Origin: Trichoplax adhaerens
Taxonomy: Eukaryota > Animalia > Placozoa
Length of the DNA stretch: 64,000 nucleotides
NCBI RefSeq assembly: GCF_000150275.1
Contig: NW_002060950.1
Location: 420,046 to 484,045, forward strand
Direction of reading: 5' to 3'
Part shown: positions 46,401 to 59,700 of the stretch, in pieces
Layout: every line of letters starts with the position of its first letter
How positions within the stretch are numbered: the first letter of the stretch is position 1
Notes under the pieces: model-generated
What the model was told of the DNA's origin: nothing
What the model saw: the letters and a program-made list of their open reading frames with translations, nothing else
Databases searched by the model: none
Made by a program: the position numbers and the translations under genes

Positions 46401-47500
46401 CTAGGATTTCGAAGTGGAACATTAAGACTATTCATTTCTAGGTATTATTTTAACTAAACACATATCAAGCAGTTCTAAATATCTACCTGGGCATTGCTAT
46501 AAGTGACCACTTGCACTTCGGCATCGTAGTTAATAATTTCGCTGGTTTGAGTCTGGCTGTCTTTGACAGACCTGTGCAAGTACAAAGAAGCAACAACTGT
46601 GAATATCAAATATTACTTGCAATATACGTACTTTACAATCTAATACATAGTGCTACTGTTATAATACTTACAAATTTGACTGCACTAAAAACAGTGATGA
46701 AAATATCGAGAATATTGACTCGAAATATCTATACCAAATCATGTTTTAGGGGTATTTACGATTACGATAATTTAAAGAAATCTATTTTCATGATAACGCT
46801 GTCAGAAGTAACGAATGAGAGAATTCTTTCGATACTTAATCATAAAAATTAATTATTACACTATTATTTTCACTCTTTTATTTATAAATTCAATGATTAT
46901 ACGCGCGTATAGCATAATCCTACATCACAGTATGACGAAGTAAACTGTTTCACGCGATAACTCATTTTATCAAACGATGCTTGATCATCCCCTTCTGAAC
47001 ATAGACCTTATAACAAAGATTCATCAATCTCGATGTTTATACAAAATATGAAGAAATGCAAAGAAGAAGAATCTTATCCGTAAGTATCATAGCAACAATT
47101 CTTATAGTTTAAAAAATAGAATAAATAATTGTAATCAGAGAAGTAAGATCATTTTAAATAAGCACCCGTTGACTTATACAAAATTATAAAAGTAAGACAG
47201 CAGCGTAAATAATATAATACTTCAAATACTCCATATTCATCCTCAATATGAAGAAGTATACGAGAGAACTTTCGAACTACTATTGCGTATCATAGCAACT
47301 AACGACGCTTGTAATACGTCGAGTAGGCTAAGTAGAGAAGAACTCATTTTTGCTATACTAAGGTCGAACTTAAGGGAAATTTCATATCATTCACAGATTA
47401 ATTTATCCATGCTACATTACTGATTAAAGGCTTGTTTTTACCGTTGTTGTTGCCAATTTGATTCGAATGAAACAACATCAAGCGATTCGTCTTGAAACAT
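43485..47500 (-). CDS. WDR34: WD repeat-containing protein 34 (dynein-2 intermediate chain), multi-exon
   Basis: Start [111 protein letters not shown]...EVALE* (TAA 43487-43485). Confidence 0.9.
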
Positions 47501-47597
47501 GATTGATGAGTAGATTTAATTGACTGCAAGCTTGGATAATTATATATATATATAATTGACTAGTTGTGACAGAAGGACGTTTTGTATCCCGGACGAC
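47084..47597 (-). promoter_or_regulatory. Candidate RFX X-box motifs at the ciliary gene WDR34
   Basis: Identical GTATCATAGCAAC at 47084-47096 and 47287-47299 (intron 1), and GTATCCCGGACGAC at 47584-47597, about 85-100 bp upstream of the ATG. Confidence 0.45.
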
Positions 47598-47969
47598 GGC
47601 ATTGGTGCACCCGGCTCCTACAAGTACAGCAGTATGCATGCGGAAGAGGCACTTCGTTGCTGATACTGTTTATAGGAATATTGAACAGGAGAGATTTTTC
47701 ACCTTAAGCTATTGACTAATTCGATACTCATACTGTAGAAGTGCTATAGGGTGCGAAGGAAGCACCTAGCCAGTCATACTATGTCAGTACCTTTAGATCT
47801 AGAGTAAAAGTACTATAGCATGCAGAAGAAGCACCTCACTACTTGCACTGTTCACCTGAGCAGGTCCGGTTTCTGTCCGTTCCCGTCTTGCAACTCAATG
47901 ATGCAGAAGAAGCACCTCGCTACTCATACTGTGCAAATCAACATTGAATAGCAATTGGATCTTTGATGA

Positions 47970-48665
47970 TTACAGTACAGTATACTGTAATGTATCCTGT
48001 ACTGTGCACTGTACACTGTGCTGTACAAGAAGTTACCGTTGCACTGTTTCTGGCCCAGCTATATCAACATCGATATCTTAAGTAATTATAATTAGTGTAA
48101 GTCGCTTAAACGACGATGCATCGCTCTTAGTTCCAGGCTATAATTCAAATTGGATACCATTCTTCAACTTAAAGTGATGCATCATGGTTTCAGCAACTTA
48201 CGCTGAGTATTTTGTATTCTAAGATGTTGATATGGCTGGGCTTGACTACAGTCTCACAGTCAGTAAGGTGAAGTTCGTCAATTTTACTACTTGTACAGTG
48301 TACAGTGTACAGTGTACTGTACATAATAGCATTACAGTACTGTAAATAATGGACACGGCCAGTCCACCCTCGGCCCAACCCACTGTCAAAACCGGTCAAA
48401 ACATAGAGGAAAAAATCCCTATGGTGAATAGTCAAAACTATCGGGCTGATTGCCCTTTGAACCCGGTGAAAGGCATTTTGCACTCATGGTACTCTACTGC
48501 ACCGTACTGACTGGATAATAAGACTGTTTGCTATATGATTTTAGCATAGCGCAACGCTTGACCTGGTCATGGTGTGCACCACTCGTGACCGTAGTACTAG
48601 TATGGCGTAACATGCCATACGGAGGGGTCATGGGGGAACAAGTACACTGTACAGTATAGTAGTAC
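47970..48665. repeat. TACAG/TACTG/TACAGTG patches in the divergent WDR34-ACADSB intergenic region
   Basis: Patches at ~47970-48025, 48290-48345 and 48640-48665. Confidence 0.75.
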
Positions 48666-48811
48666 ATAATATTGTATCGAAGGGAAATCGGAAAGAGCTT
48701 GTCCAATCCAATTCTGCCAACAGCGAGCTAGTATTAATAGCTGACGTTCTACCCAAATCGTCAAGATATTGGAATTGCCACTTTCTTCTTTGAACTATCC
48801 ACTACTAAAGG

Positions 48812-51800
48812 ATGCTTGCTAAATTCTCACGAGCTGGTCGATTGTTATCTGCTGATGTCTCATCAGTCAGGAAGTTGGCAATATGTCGAATGCAATCGAG
48901 TCGCAATTTGGCTGCTCGTGCAGCTTCCACCCAACTCAGCGAAGAAGAGGAAATGTTAAAAGATGCTGGTAAGGGAATGTAGAATGCCCTACGCTGTCCT
49001 ATCTGACTGTACTTTATACATTTCATTCGCTATGGAAATCATGTGAAATAAACCCGTTGTTGTGGTGATATGTAGCCAAGCATGGAAGGGTAGGCCTTAC
49101 TTTGTTGTCATGCCTAGATTGACTGGCATACATTAGAGTGATGGAGTCATTCATCTACTGTACTCGTGCATAAAATCTTCTACTATAAATTGACAGCACA
49201 AAATGTAATAAAATTCAAATCCAAAGAAAACGCCAGTGGACAGTAATAGCTTTATTACAATTTACTAGTAAAAAATACCCGTTCATGTGAACGGAGGGAA
49301 GGAAGTATAATAAAATATGGCAATGTTGTATTAAACAGCTACTATTCTTGGATTTTTTACGTTATAATTTGCATGTATTATGCTGTATATAGTACTGTTA
49401 AATGATTTAAATCATGCGCAAAACTAAAGGTATCATGAAAATAATCTGCTTTAATTCAAATTTGCATTGACAATGGATAGAATTTCGTTGTGTTGACAAT
49501 TTACAATAAAATCATCTCAATTCAACTATGTAGACATTATAAGCAAAGGATAATACTGTGTTAATAAGTGCATTTATTTACAGCATTTCAGGATATACTA
49601 TATTATCAGTAAATTGCATGTTACCATCGGATAAATGTGCGTTTTGGCTAGAATTTTGATATTAATGGCACTGCGTGAGCGACTAAGTGCTACATATAAT
49701 TGACCATGAGTAAACATTGATCTATTAAGATACAGTCCAACCATATCTAATGTTTGGCCTTGAGATTTATTAGCTGTTATAGCAGAAAGACCTCGCTTTA
49801 TATACAACTTGCAAACATCATCCGCCATCTTAAAAGTTACTATAACTTCCTAATTAATACAGTAGGAGCTTCTACTAACACCGTAGTGCTTTATATTATC
49901 GTCTATCTTCCAAATACGGCATAGATAACCACTGATGACATTGTTATATACTTTTAGCCGACAACACTATTATAATCATTGTAATAGATAAGATATCTCT
50001 ACTAATATAGGATCCCCTATATTAACATCAAGCTATTGAAGTTAGTTAATCTCGCTAACGTTAAACATGCCTAGATTGATGGACATACATAGAGTGATGG
50101 AGTGATCCATCTACTGTACATAGAATCTTCTACTATGGTTCGACAGCAAGTGACAATGCAGTATATTAATAATATAGGAGAATGATTGAATCATGGAAGC
50201 TCAATCAAAGATATAGTATTATTACCAACCTCACAGTCATGAAATAATTATTATTCATAGAATGAAGTATGTATAATTCTATTTCTTGCTCTATTGCTTG
50301 CATTTAACTGTAAATTTTTCTCAATTAGGATACTATACTAAAACTTTCAATTCCTATCTTATGGCATAGTAATAATTTTTGACTATCATTTTCCTCCCAT
50401 TTTACATAGTGCAACGGTTTTCTCGAGAAAAAATTGCTCCAAGAGTAGCAGAAATGGACCGAAATTCACACCTGGATAAAGACATCATCAAGGGCTTATT
50501 TGATCAAGGGGTATTGAACAAGAGATAAAACTATTATTTTTAATCAAATCAACTATTTATTTTGATGCGCTTGAGTTGAATAGGATACGCTTACATACTT
50601 TACAACGATAATTATAGACCAAAAAATTGAACAAATCACTAATGAAATAAGGCGTAATGAAATAACACTTTATTTTGCAGTAATCGCCTGGTAGCCCATA
50701 TATATATATATATGAAATGATACTTTTTTGTTTATTAAACTAGTTATAAATTACATTTGATACTTTATCACTGATATTTCAAATTAGTTTATGGGTGTTG
50801 AAGTAAGTAGTGAATATGGAGGGACTGGATCATCCTTCTTCGGTAGCTGCTTGGCGATTGAGGAAATCGCTAGAGTTGATCCCGCTGTTGCTGTAATGGT
50901 AGACGTTCAAAATACACTTGTAGAAACAATATTTATGCAATACGGAAACAAGGAGCAGAATGAAAAATATTTATCACAGTTAGCCACCAAATCAGTAAGT
51001 AGCATACATGGCCTATTTCTTAATTATAGGACTAAAAGATTACATGCTACTATTTTAAACACCCATAAGTACTACCACAGGAATGATATCCGAGATAACT
51101 GTTATACACCACGCTCTTACTGTTCGGTATGTTAGGTAGGCTGCTTTTGTCTATCAGAGTTTGGAAGCGGTAGCGATGCCTTTGCATTGCAAACTAGGGC
51201 TGTTGCTGATGGCGATCATTTCGTTCTAAACGGAACCAAAGCATGGATTAGTAATTCCGAACATGCGGACATATTCTTAGTATTTGCTAACGCCTCTCCA
51301 GAAAAGGTATAAGTTTTAAAGTATTAATACTTTACTTCTACAATAACAACTGATATCTATTCCCTAATTTTATCTTGTCACAGGGCTATAAAGGCATAAC
51401 TTGCTTCATCGTCGAACGAAACATGCCCGGCCTTTCACTTGGAAAGAAAGAAGATAAGGTTGAGTATTTCCTTTCCTTCCATTATTATCTATAACCGTGA
51501 TAGCCTTGCATATCAAGTAGTGCCCAAGCGTAACACTTTTTAACTTTGACTGCTTCTATTAAAATAGCTTGGAATAAGGGCTTCATCGACTTGTCCCGTA
51601 ATACTGGAGAATGTTAGGGTAGGATGCTGGATCACGTTTATTTCCAATGCGCCTCAATATTATGTCTAAAACAATTTTAATTTATAGGTAATAATATTTA
51701 TAAATTTTTGTGCCTGCACGTATGTAATAGGTTCCAGAAAGTAATATTATGGGAAAATTTGGCGAAGGATATAAAATTGCCATTGGAATATTAAATGAAG

Positions 51801-52674
51801 GCAGAATTAGCATTGCTTCCCAAGTAAATATAAATAGTAGACACGTCAAATATTGTTTCGATTTTAAATGTGCGAAGATAGTGATGCAATTTAATTACAT
51901 CAAATTCTGTTGATTTATTAGATGGTTGGTTTAGCTCAAGGAGCCCTAGATGCCGCTATACCCTATACAATGGAAAGAAAGCAATTTAACCAACGAATTT
52001 TTGATTTCCAGGTTAGCACTTGAAATTGCTATCATTGTATTGAAAATATATTCCATATAAATGTGCAAACCTTGCACTAATGTGCTTACACGTGTTTTAT
52101 CTATGTAGGGTGTACAACATCAAATTGCAGAAATGTCTACTATGGTTGCAGCAGCTCGAGCAATAACTTATGACGCAGCTAGATTGAAAGTAGCTGGCAA
52201 ACCTGTAGTCAAGGAGGGTGCTATGGCTAAATATTTTGCTTCCGAGGTTTAAGGATTTACAAAGAGAAATTATATCAGACTCATTGTCATTGTTTGAGTG
52301 CAAACTTATAACTTTATAATTTTGTTTATTATCAAGATGGCTCAAAAGGTATCATCAAAAGCTTTAGAATGGCTTGGCGGTGTAGGATTTACAAAGGATT
52401 TCCCTGTTGAGAAGTTTTACAGAGATGCAAAAATCGGTAAGTACACCAAATATTATAGTACATGTATGCGCAGATACTGCAAAGCAGTACGACTTTACAA
52501 TCTCAGATAGTCAAGATAGGCATATTCAAAGTAGATTGAGCATTCATTCATCAGATATTTAAAGTCTTGTCATAATATGAATAATTCTCCTGGCCTGTTT
52601 TAGGTGTCATTTATGAAGGTTCATCCAATATTCAGCTAAATACGATCGCAAAATATGTAGCCATGGAATATTAA
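48812..52674 (+). CDS. ACADSB: Short/branched-chain acyl-CoA dehydrogenase, mitochondrial, multi-exon
   Basis: Arg/Ser-rich presequence [12 protein letters not shown]; [22 protein letters not shown]; [17 protein letters not shown]; [11 protein letters not shown]; [10 protein letters not shown]; [18 protein letters not shown]; [28 protein letters not shown] (catalytic Glu in IYEG). Confidence 0.95.
49265..50012 (-). mobile_element. Non-autonomous Helitron with PIF1/RepHel helicase C-terminal remnant, in ACADSB intron 1
   Basis: The minus-strand 3' end has hairpin CCGTTCA-ca-TGAACGG, then CTAG|T at 49268-49265. Candidate 5' end A|TCCTATATTAG at 50012. Internal ORF 49598-49828 reads [35 protein letters not shown] (PIF1-family motifs V/VI). 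The 5' boundary is less certain. Confidence 0.8.
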
Positions 52675-53929
52675 CTTGAATGAATATTATAGGAAATACG
52701 ATCAATGGTATTTTCTATCATATGATAATGCATGTCAGACACTATCACTTTAAATGATTGATTGGCATATTTCAGTATGACATCAAATTTAGGTTAATTG
52801 ACCACAATTGTTATGCAGCCGGTTCGATCCTACCGTATTCATACCATGGACTTCTAGAAGTATACCTCTGTAGTATATTCCTGGAAATCCATGTACATAC
52901 TATCCTATAGTTTATTTAATTAGGTAGTTGACAGATAGGAAGCATGAAAGGCTCCAGTACGCTTTAAAACTAGCTATGGAAATACATTTCTACGTGCTTT
53001 ATGAGCGCATCATATGTAAGAAATAAGTTTCAATAATAAAAACTTTGCCAGTCAATGCAAACCTTGTTTTTATAGTCTCTGCTTGAAATTCATTTCTACG
53101 TTTTACTTTATAGATGCGAACGCTCAACAAATTTATTCTAATGATCTACATTATACATTTATCGGAATACAAGATAACACTAGTCTGTCGAGTAACTGAG
53201 CTTACGTAGGTATGCTGATAATTTTACTATTGGCAAGAGTAGTAACGGGCACTTTAAGTTGAAGGCTTTTATGTTAGCTTACTGGCATGCGATATAGAGT
53301 AAAATACAACATACCAAGCCCGATGCTATGTACTTTCATTATAGTAGTGATATCATCTAACTATGAGACACATTTGACAGGTTGATTCTATTTAATAAAT
53401 AAAGCTCAATATTACATGCCATGAGGGATTTGTTTAATTATAAAAGTAATATTTCTATACTGGTAACCGCTTGTATTGAACGTAGACTGAGCAATCGGGT
53501 TGTCATTAGGAACGAATAACCAATATGGTCTCCAGAGTACGTACAAGAGTACAAAATAAGCATAATCCAAGTGAGTAAAGGGCTGGATAATGAAATTAGT
53601 ACTACAGTACGATGTGCTAAGTTACTACTAACTAGTTAGCCTCGATCAAGAAGAACAATTTATTTTGACTGAGAAACCTAAGTTTACCCGCATTCCGGTG
53701 GATTATTCGAAACGTTCATAGCCAACTCCAGGATGATTTGATCAACTTTTTGAATAACAGTAAACACACTAGCGCAAAATAGATACTGCTGCTAATCAGG
53801 TTTACTTCAACATCCAGTCAAAGTAGTATAGAGGAAAGCGCGATAGGGTAAGAAGCTCATCCAGAATTCAATCTTATTTAGGGTCGTGGCGGAAATCATC
53901 AGTCATAACTTATCTTCTATACAGTAATC

Positions 53930-55675
53930 TCGAACGAATTAGAAAGAGCTGATTACTGTGCCCTAGTGCCGTAAAATTAGTTTCCATACTAGGTAGTAAA
54001 ACACCTAATTCCTAATTTATAAGCTCTACTACACAGCAACGCACTCGTTTATATTCGTGTCCTACTAATGTTAAACGAATTAGAAAACACTTAGTTACTG
54101 TGTTCTACTGCTGTATTAATAAGGCTCCATACTAGGCAGTAAAACACCTAGTCGCTAATTTACAAGCGTTACGACGAAGTAACGTATTTGTTTATACTCG
54201 TCGTCTACTATTCTTTAAACGAGTTAGAAACATCAAATTACTATGCCTTACTAGCGTATTAATAAGGCTCTATACTGGACAGTAAAATACCTGATCTCTA
54301 ATTTATAAGCTCTCAATGTAGTAACGCATTTGTTTATGCTGAACTCGATCGTTTTACTGTGTTAATAAGGCTGCATGGTAGACAGTAAACTACCTGATCC
54401 CTCTAATATGAAGCAACGCATTTTTTTATACTCGTCTTCTACCAATATCAAATGAATTCGAAAATATTTGATTACCATGTTTTACTACTGTAAATAAGGC
54501 TCCATGCATGGCACTGATGGCAGTAGAACACCTGATCCCCAATTTAAACGCTCTACTATGCAGTAGCGCATTTATCTTGTAATGTTAAACGCATTAGAAA
54601 ACGCCTGATTGTCATGCGCTACTGTCATTATACTGTTTATATATAAGTGTCTATATTAGGCAGTAAACCACCTGATCTCATTTGTAAGCTCTCTCATATG
54701 CAGCAATGTATTTGTTAATACTGTACTGAATTCGATCGTTTAACTGCTTTAGTCAGAAGGCTCCATAGTCGACAGTAGTAAAACACCTGATCCAGATTTG
54801 TAAGTTAATAAAATAGGTTAAAAAGAGTCCATAGTAGGTAGTAAACAGCTGATCTATTTTGTAAGCTCTGTATGCAGCAACGCATTTGTTAATACTGAAC
54901 TCGATCATTTTACTGTTTTAATAAGAAAGTTCCATAGCAGACAGTAGTAAAACACCTGATCCTGATTTATAAGTTAATAAAATAGGTTAATAAGAGTCCA
55001 TAGTAGGTAGTAAACAGCTGACCTAATTTGTGAGCTCTCTTCGCAGCAAGGCATTTGTTAATGCTGAACTCGATCGTTTTACTGTTTTAATAAGAAAGTT
55101 CCATAGCAGACAGTAGTAAAACACCTGATCCTGATTTATAAGTTATTAAGATAGGTTAATAAGAATCCGTTCTAGGCAGTCAACCACCTGATCTCATTTG
55201 TAAGCTCTCCATGCAGCAACGCATTCGTTAGTGCTGAACTCGATCGTTTTACTGTTTTAATAAGGAAGCTCCATAGCAGATAGTAGTAAAACACCTGATC
55301 CTGATTTATAAGTTAATAAGATAGGTTAATAAGAGTCCGTAGTAGGTAGTAAACAGCTGATCTCATTCGTAAGCTCTCTATGCAGCAACGAATTCGTTAA
55401 TGCTGAACTCGATCATTTTACTGTTTTTAATAAGAAAGCTCCATCGCCGGCAGGAGTAAAGCACCTAATCCTGATTTATAAGTTAATAAGATAGGTTAAT
55501 AAGAGTCCATAGTAGGCAGTAAACAGCTGATCTAATTTGTAAGCTCTCTATGCAGCAACGCATTCGTTAATGCTGAACTCGATCATTTACTGTTTTAATA
55601 AGAAAGCTCCATCGCAGGCAGGAGTAAAGCACCTGATCCTGATTTATAAGTTATGTAGAAACGCATTTGTTTATG
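53930..55675. repeat. Tandem satellite: degenerate ~143-bp monomers grading into homogeneous ~170-bp units
   Basis: The anchor GTAAA(A)CAC/GCTGA recurs at 53996, 54139, 54282, 54385, 54523 and 54663, then at 54841, 55010, 55179, 55349 and 55519 (169-170-bp period). Confidence 0.92.
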
Positions 55676-55829
55676 TTGATATCTGAGCAGGATCTATTTG
55701 GCGATGCTATGACGTCATGGCTTGATAGCCGGTCCTCTACGTTCAGTAGAGTAACTCATTCAGTACTGAGCTTGCAGGTGTAAAGATTATTGCGAACAGC
55801 AGTTAAAATTTTACCTATGAAGGTAAAAG

Positions 55830-55930
55830 TACAGAGTGCAGAGTACAGTGTTGCTACAGTAGTACTGTACGTACTGTAATAATCCTTATGACGGTACAGT
55901 ACAGCACACTTCAGTACATACTGTACACTG
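55830..55930. repeat. TACAG/TACTG array upstream of HPS1
   Basis: agtactgtacgtactgta, acggtacagtacagc, catactgtacactgta. Confidence 0.7.
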
Positions 55931-56708
55931 TATTCGAACAGCTATTAAAGGGTAAACACTGTCGAAGAAGATCCTCGATCGCCATCGAAATTTTGATCCT
56001 CAAAGCTGATGATAGCAAAAGAATCGGCTAGAAATCATTTTTAAATAGGTGACTAATCAATTTTGGATTGATAATCATTAATATCATGATTTTTGGCGTC
56101 CTTTAAGTCTAATTACAGTCAGATTAGACCGTAAAGTTTCTAAAATTGAATTCGAAAATCGAAACTATTCACTTGCCAACCGCAAAACGAAAACTATCTT
56201 TGACAACATCTACTCAACTGATAGATGGTCATGCCATCATCAACATTAATATTTTATCCATTCAAGAAGCTATAACAAGTAGGTAGTGATCAATTGACTT
56301 AGAATTAGAATAGTGATCATTTCCTAGCTATTTAACCTAGCCTATAGATGACGTAGTCATGGTATATCAGGGATAGCTAGGCCGGCAATCGACTTGTATT
56401 GCTGAAATCACATTGTACAGTAATATGGGAGAGTGATGGTTCAATTTTGAAAGCTTATCTTAGGCTAAATTAATGTCTATATATTCTACACCAAATAGTC
56501 AGAAATAGACGGTGAAAATGAATCTTTTTTATATCTAATGGGTACCACGGATCGATTTTAATCTTGCTCTCCATTTGTATTCTAGGTCGATGATAATAAA
56601 TTATTGAATTAATTATCTTGGTATAATTCTTCCATCCTTCGGCTACTTTACTCGTGAATAGTATCATTTGAGAAGTGATATTCAACGCAACAATTATAAT
56701 TCATCACT

Positions 56709-59700
56709 ATGAAGGGTATCATTATTATGAGTGATGCATCGGAAATTATTTTCTGGTCAGCTGATACTGAGTTAACGGATAGATTAAAGGAAAAAACTAT
56801 AGAGAAAGGGTTACACAAGTAAGTTAATTTCATCTCACTGTATGAATGGTACTGTACATTTTAAAATTGTCTACATGTACACTTGTCCACTACATTGATA
56901 AATCTCTTCAATTATTAAATGAAACATAGAGTTACCCATACTTTATCTACAGTGATTTATTATTTATTGATAGAACAGTATTGAACAATATGGTTCTAGC
57001 TAGCAAATAAATTATAAACAAATAAAAGTACTTTATGTTAATCCCCGAAAAATAAACATTGATGTTCATTACTGCTCGAAAGCGATACAGTTAATCATAA
57101 AATTAACTTTTAATTGCTTTGAATCATGGATGCCCTACTTATCCTCTATACAAATCTGATCAATCCAGTCGTCATTCGTTCCCAATTGACTAACTACTAT
57201 GTACCTCTATGAGTGAATAACTTCATTCATTGACTTGTCAGATTTGGCAAGCCAAGTTAGCTTATCAATGTTACGAAAGACATTCGCTAAAGTAGCTAGT
57301 CAATTATTGTTTACATCGAGTAATAACTTTAATCTTCTAAAATATGAAATGTCATATTGATAAGTGTAGATTATTTTAATACAGTACAGTAAAGTACGTT
57401 GTCAAAATATCTTACTATATAAAAATTTTTGAGTGAGTTTGTAAAAGAAACTAACTACAGTATATCAACCTGTACTAAAAACTGAATATGCCTTATATTT
57501 CCTACATCCTGCTGATAAAATTGAAACCTTTCATTTTATCACTCTTGAAGTTTATCCAATATCATAGAAATGATCGAATTGTTCAGTTTTAGATCCATTA
57601 TTTCATTTTTGATAGATTTATAAAATAATTCTTCTTCTGACTATTCGTTAATGTAAATCTTAGATACGCAATTAATCAACAAATTTGACTCATATCATAT
57701 GTTGTCATTATGGTCTGTCAATTTTAGCACGGTCAATGGAGATATTGAAGCTGACTTAAGAGACTACGCGTTACTAAATTGGCTACAACCACAAAAACTG
57801 ACGTTCGTAAGTAGTCAACTTAAACATAGCAATTAATGTAATAACGAAACCTATTCATCGTAAGAATAAATACTTATTTGGTGAATGCTCTGTCAACTGC
57901 GCTAATAATAACTACAGATTAGATTATATTCATAATTGTAATAACGTCAAATTAATGGTCTTGTAAATATCTTATACTAGGATTGTCTAAGTTTTGGCTT
58001 GAATAATCCCTTACAATATAGCAAGACAGATGACGGTGTTACCATAGTCTACCAGAAGGTATGAAGTTACTGATGGCTTATTCTCATTTTATAAATATAG
58101 ATAGCATATGTAAAATATGTAAATGTATAAGGTTATTTAGCGGACTCTAATCATATAATTCTGTTGCTATAACTACTGTTGCTTTCGAATTGCCATGAAA
58201 AATAGAAAGAAATTGATGAATTCAATTTTGTATATGATAGCTTGATGCTTGGTTTTACGTTGGTATTGACGGTGATGAAACTGTTCAAGAAGACACAATT
58301 CTGCGCAAAATCCGCATCTGCCATCAGTTGATAAGGCTGCATTACGGGCTAAGCCTATCGAAGTAAATATTGTTTGAAGCTTCTATCATAATTAACTGTA
58401 ATTGTTACGTCGCGTCGAGTAAGAAAATTGCAAGAATTCTTACTGTGTCATAGTGTCATTGTGTAGCCATCTCGAAGAACGATCCAACTGCCAATTTACA
58501 TTGTATCCGTACGATAGTGTTGAGCAGGCAATATTAATCAATTCCACCTTTATTAGACTCCTATCTCCCTTAATCTAATACCTACACCTGTAGTCAAATA
58601 GACATTTTTCGGTGTATTCGAAGAGTTATAACTAATCATGGAATTTTTGCTGTAGGTTTGCTACCCTACAAGGTAACGAACGGCAGAATCAATGGCAGTA
58701 CTTCGATAGTTTAATCAAATTTTGGTTTCATCTTTGTAATAATGAACAGGCTTTCTTGTTTGAGGTATGACGGTGCAATATCGTTATCTATTTGAGGTGC
58801 CTAGGATTAAAGTCAAAGCACTACCAACTATATATTTGTTATTTCTACTTGTGAAATTATAATGTAATTGCATAGGCGATTGAACGAGTGAGATTGGATT
58901 CTTCCTTGAGTCAAATTTGTATTTCAGCAATTAAAGAAGCTAGAAACTGTCATGTAAAGTACGCAAAATTGTTTAGCACTTACTTTCCAAGCTCTAAGTT
59001 AGAGCAAATGGCTTCGCTATTCCTTTAATGTCAATAACCCGATATAACGCAATTAACATTAGATCTAGCGGAGAAAAAATTCAACACGCCATGCTTTTAC
59101 AGAACCATAAAATAATTTCAACCTATTCTAGGTGAATACCGTATTTCGATACCAAGCATTAAAATTCGTTAATAATTTTCTCTGTAGCTGATGTGTCCAT
59201 CTTTAAAACTTTTACTAAGCCTAGATTATAATTATCGATAAATTTATAATAGTGAGAATGCTCTGGAATTAGAGTGTGGCGATCTCCTATTAATTATAGG
59301 TTTATCTTATTTCTTACTAACTGATGTCAGTCAATCTGTAGTAAGAGGTAAGCCTACACGATGCAAATATGTGATTTTAGTTCATAGTTATTCTTATTCT
59401 TAATAGCTAAAAGTTAGGCATCACTCATATTTTCAGATAACTTATCTATGTTTTTCATAACTGTGTTTAGACTCTGGTACTGAAGAACACAAGATCGTAA
59501 GTACACAAAGTCCTTCTGTCCATGTTACTTGTAGCGAACTAGCACTTTATACAGGCTTACTATACATATGCACCCGTGACTTCAATAAACCGCCATATCT
59601 AAATAATTGCACTAATCTGTAGGATTGCTTTCGACGCCTCATCTTTTTACCGTTTGGAAACTTTGGGTTCATTCCTTTCATAATACACGGAATTAAGATA

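Noticed and set aside
49598-49828. Host PIF1 helicase gene
   Set aside because: Only motifs V/VI are present, lying between Helitron termini inside an intron; treated as a transposon remnant.
52815-52840. GGTTCGATCC T-loop-like motif suggesting a tRNA or SINE
   Set aside because: No pairing T-stem, cloverleaf or A-box; it lies just downstream of the ACADSB stop.
53930-55675. CRISPR-like repeat/spacer appearance
   Set aside because: Eukaryotic context, no cas genes, and the 'spacers' are themselves repeated, so it is a satellite.
55709-55718. Perfect ATGACGTCAT CRE palindrome upstream of HPS1
   Set aside because: A single short site with no independent support.
56100-56290. Open frame with splice-like ends upstream of the HPS1 ATG
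   Set aside because: No start codon or homology, and HPS1 homology begins at ATG 56709; probably 5' UTR.
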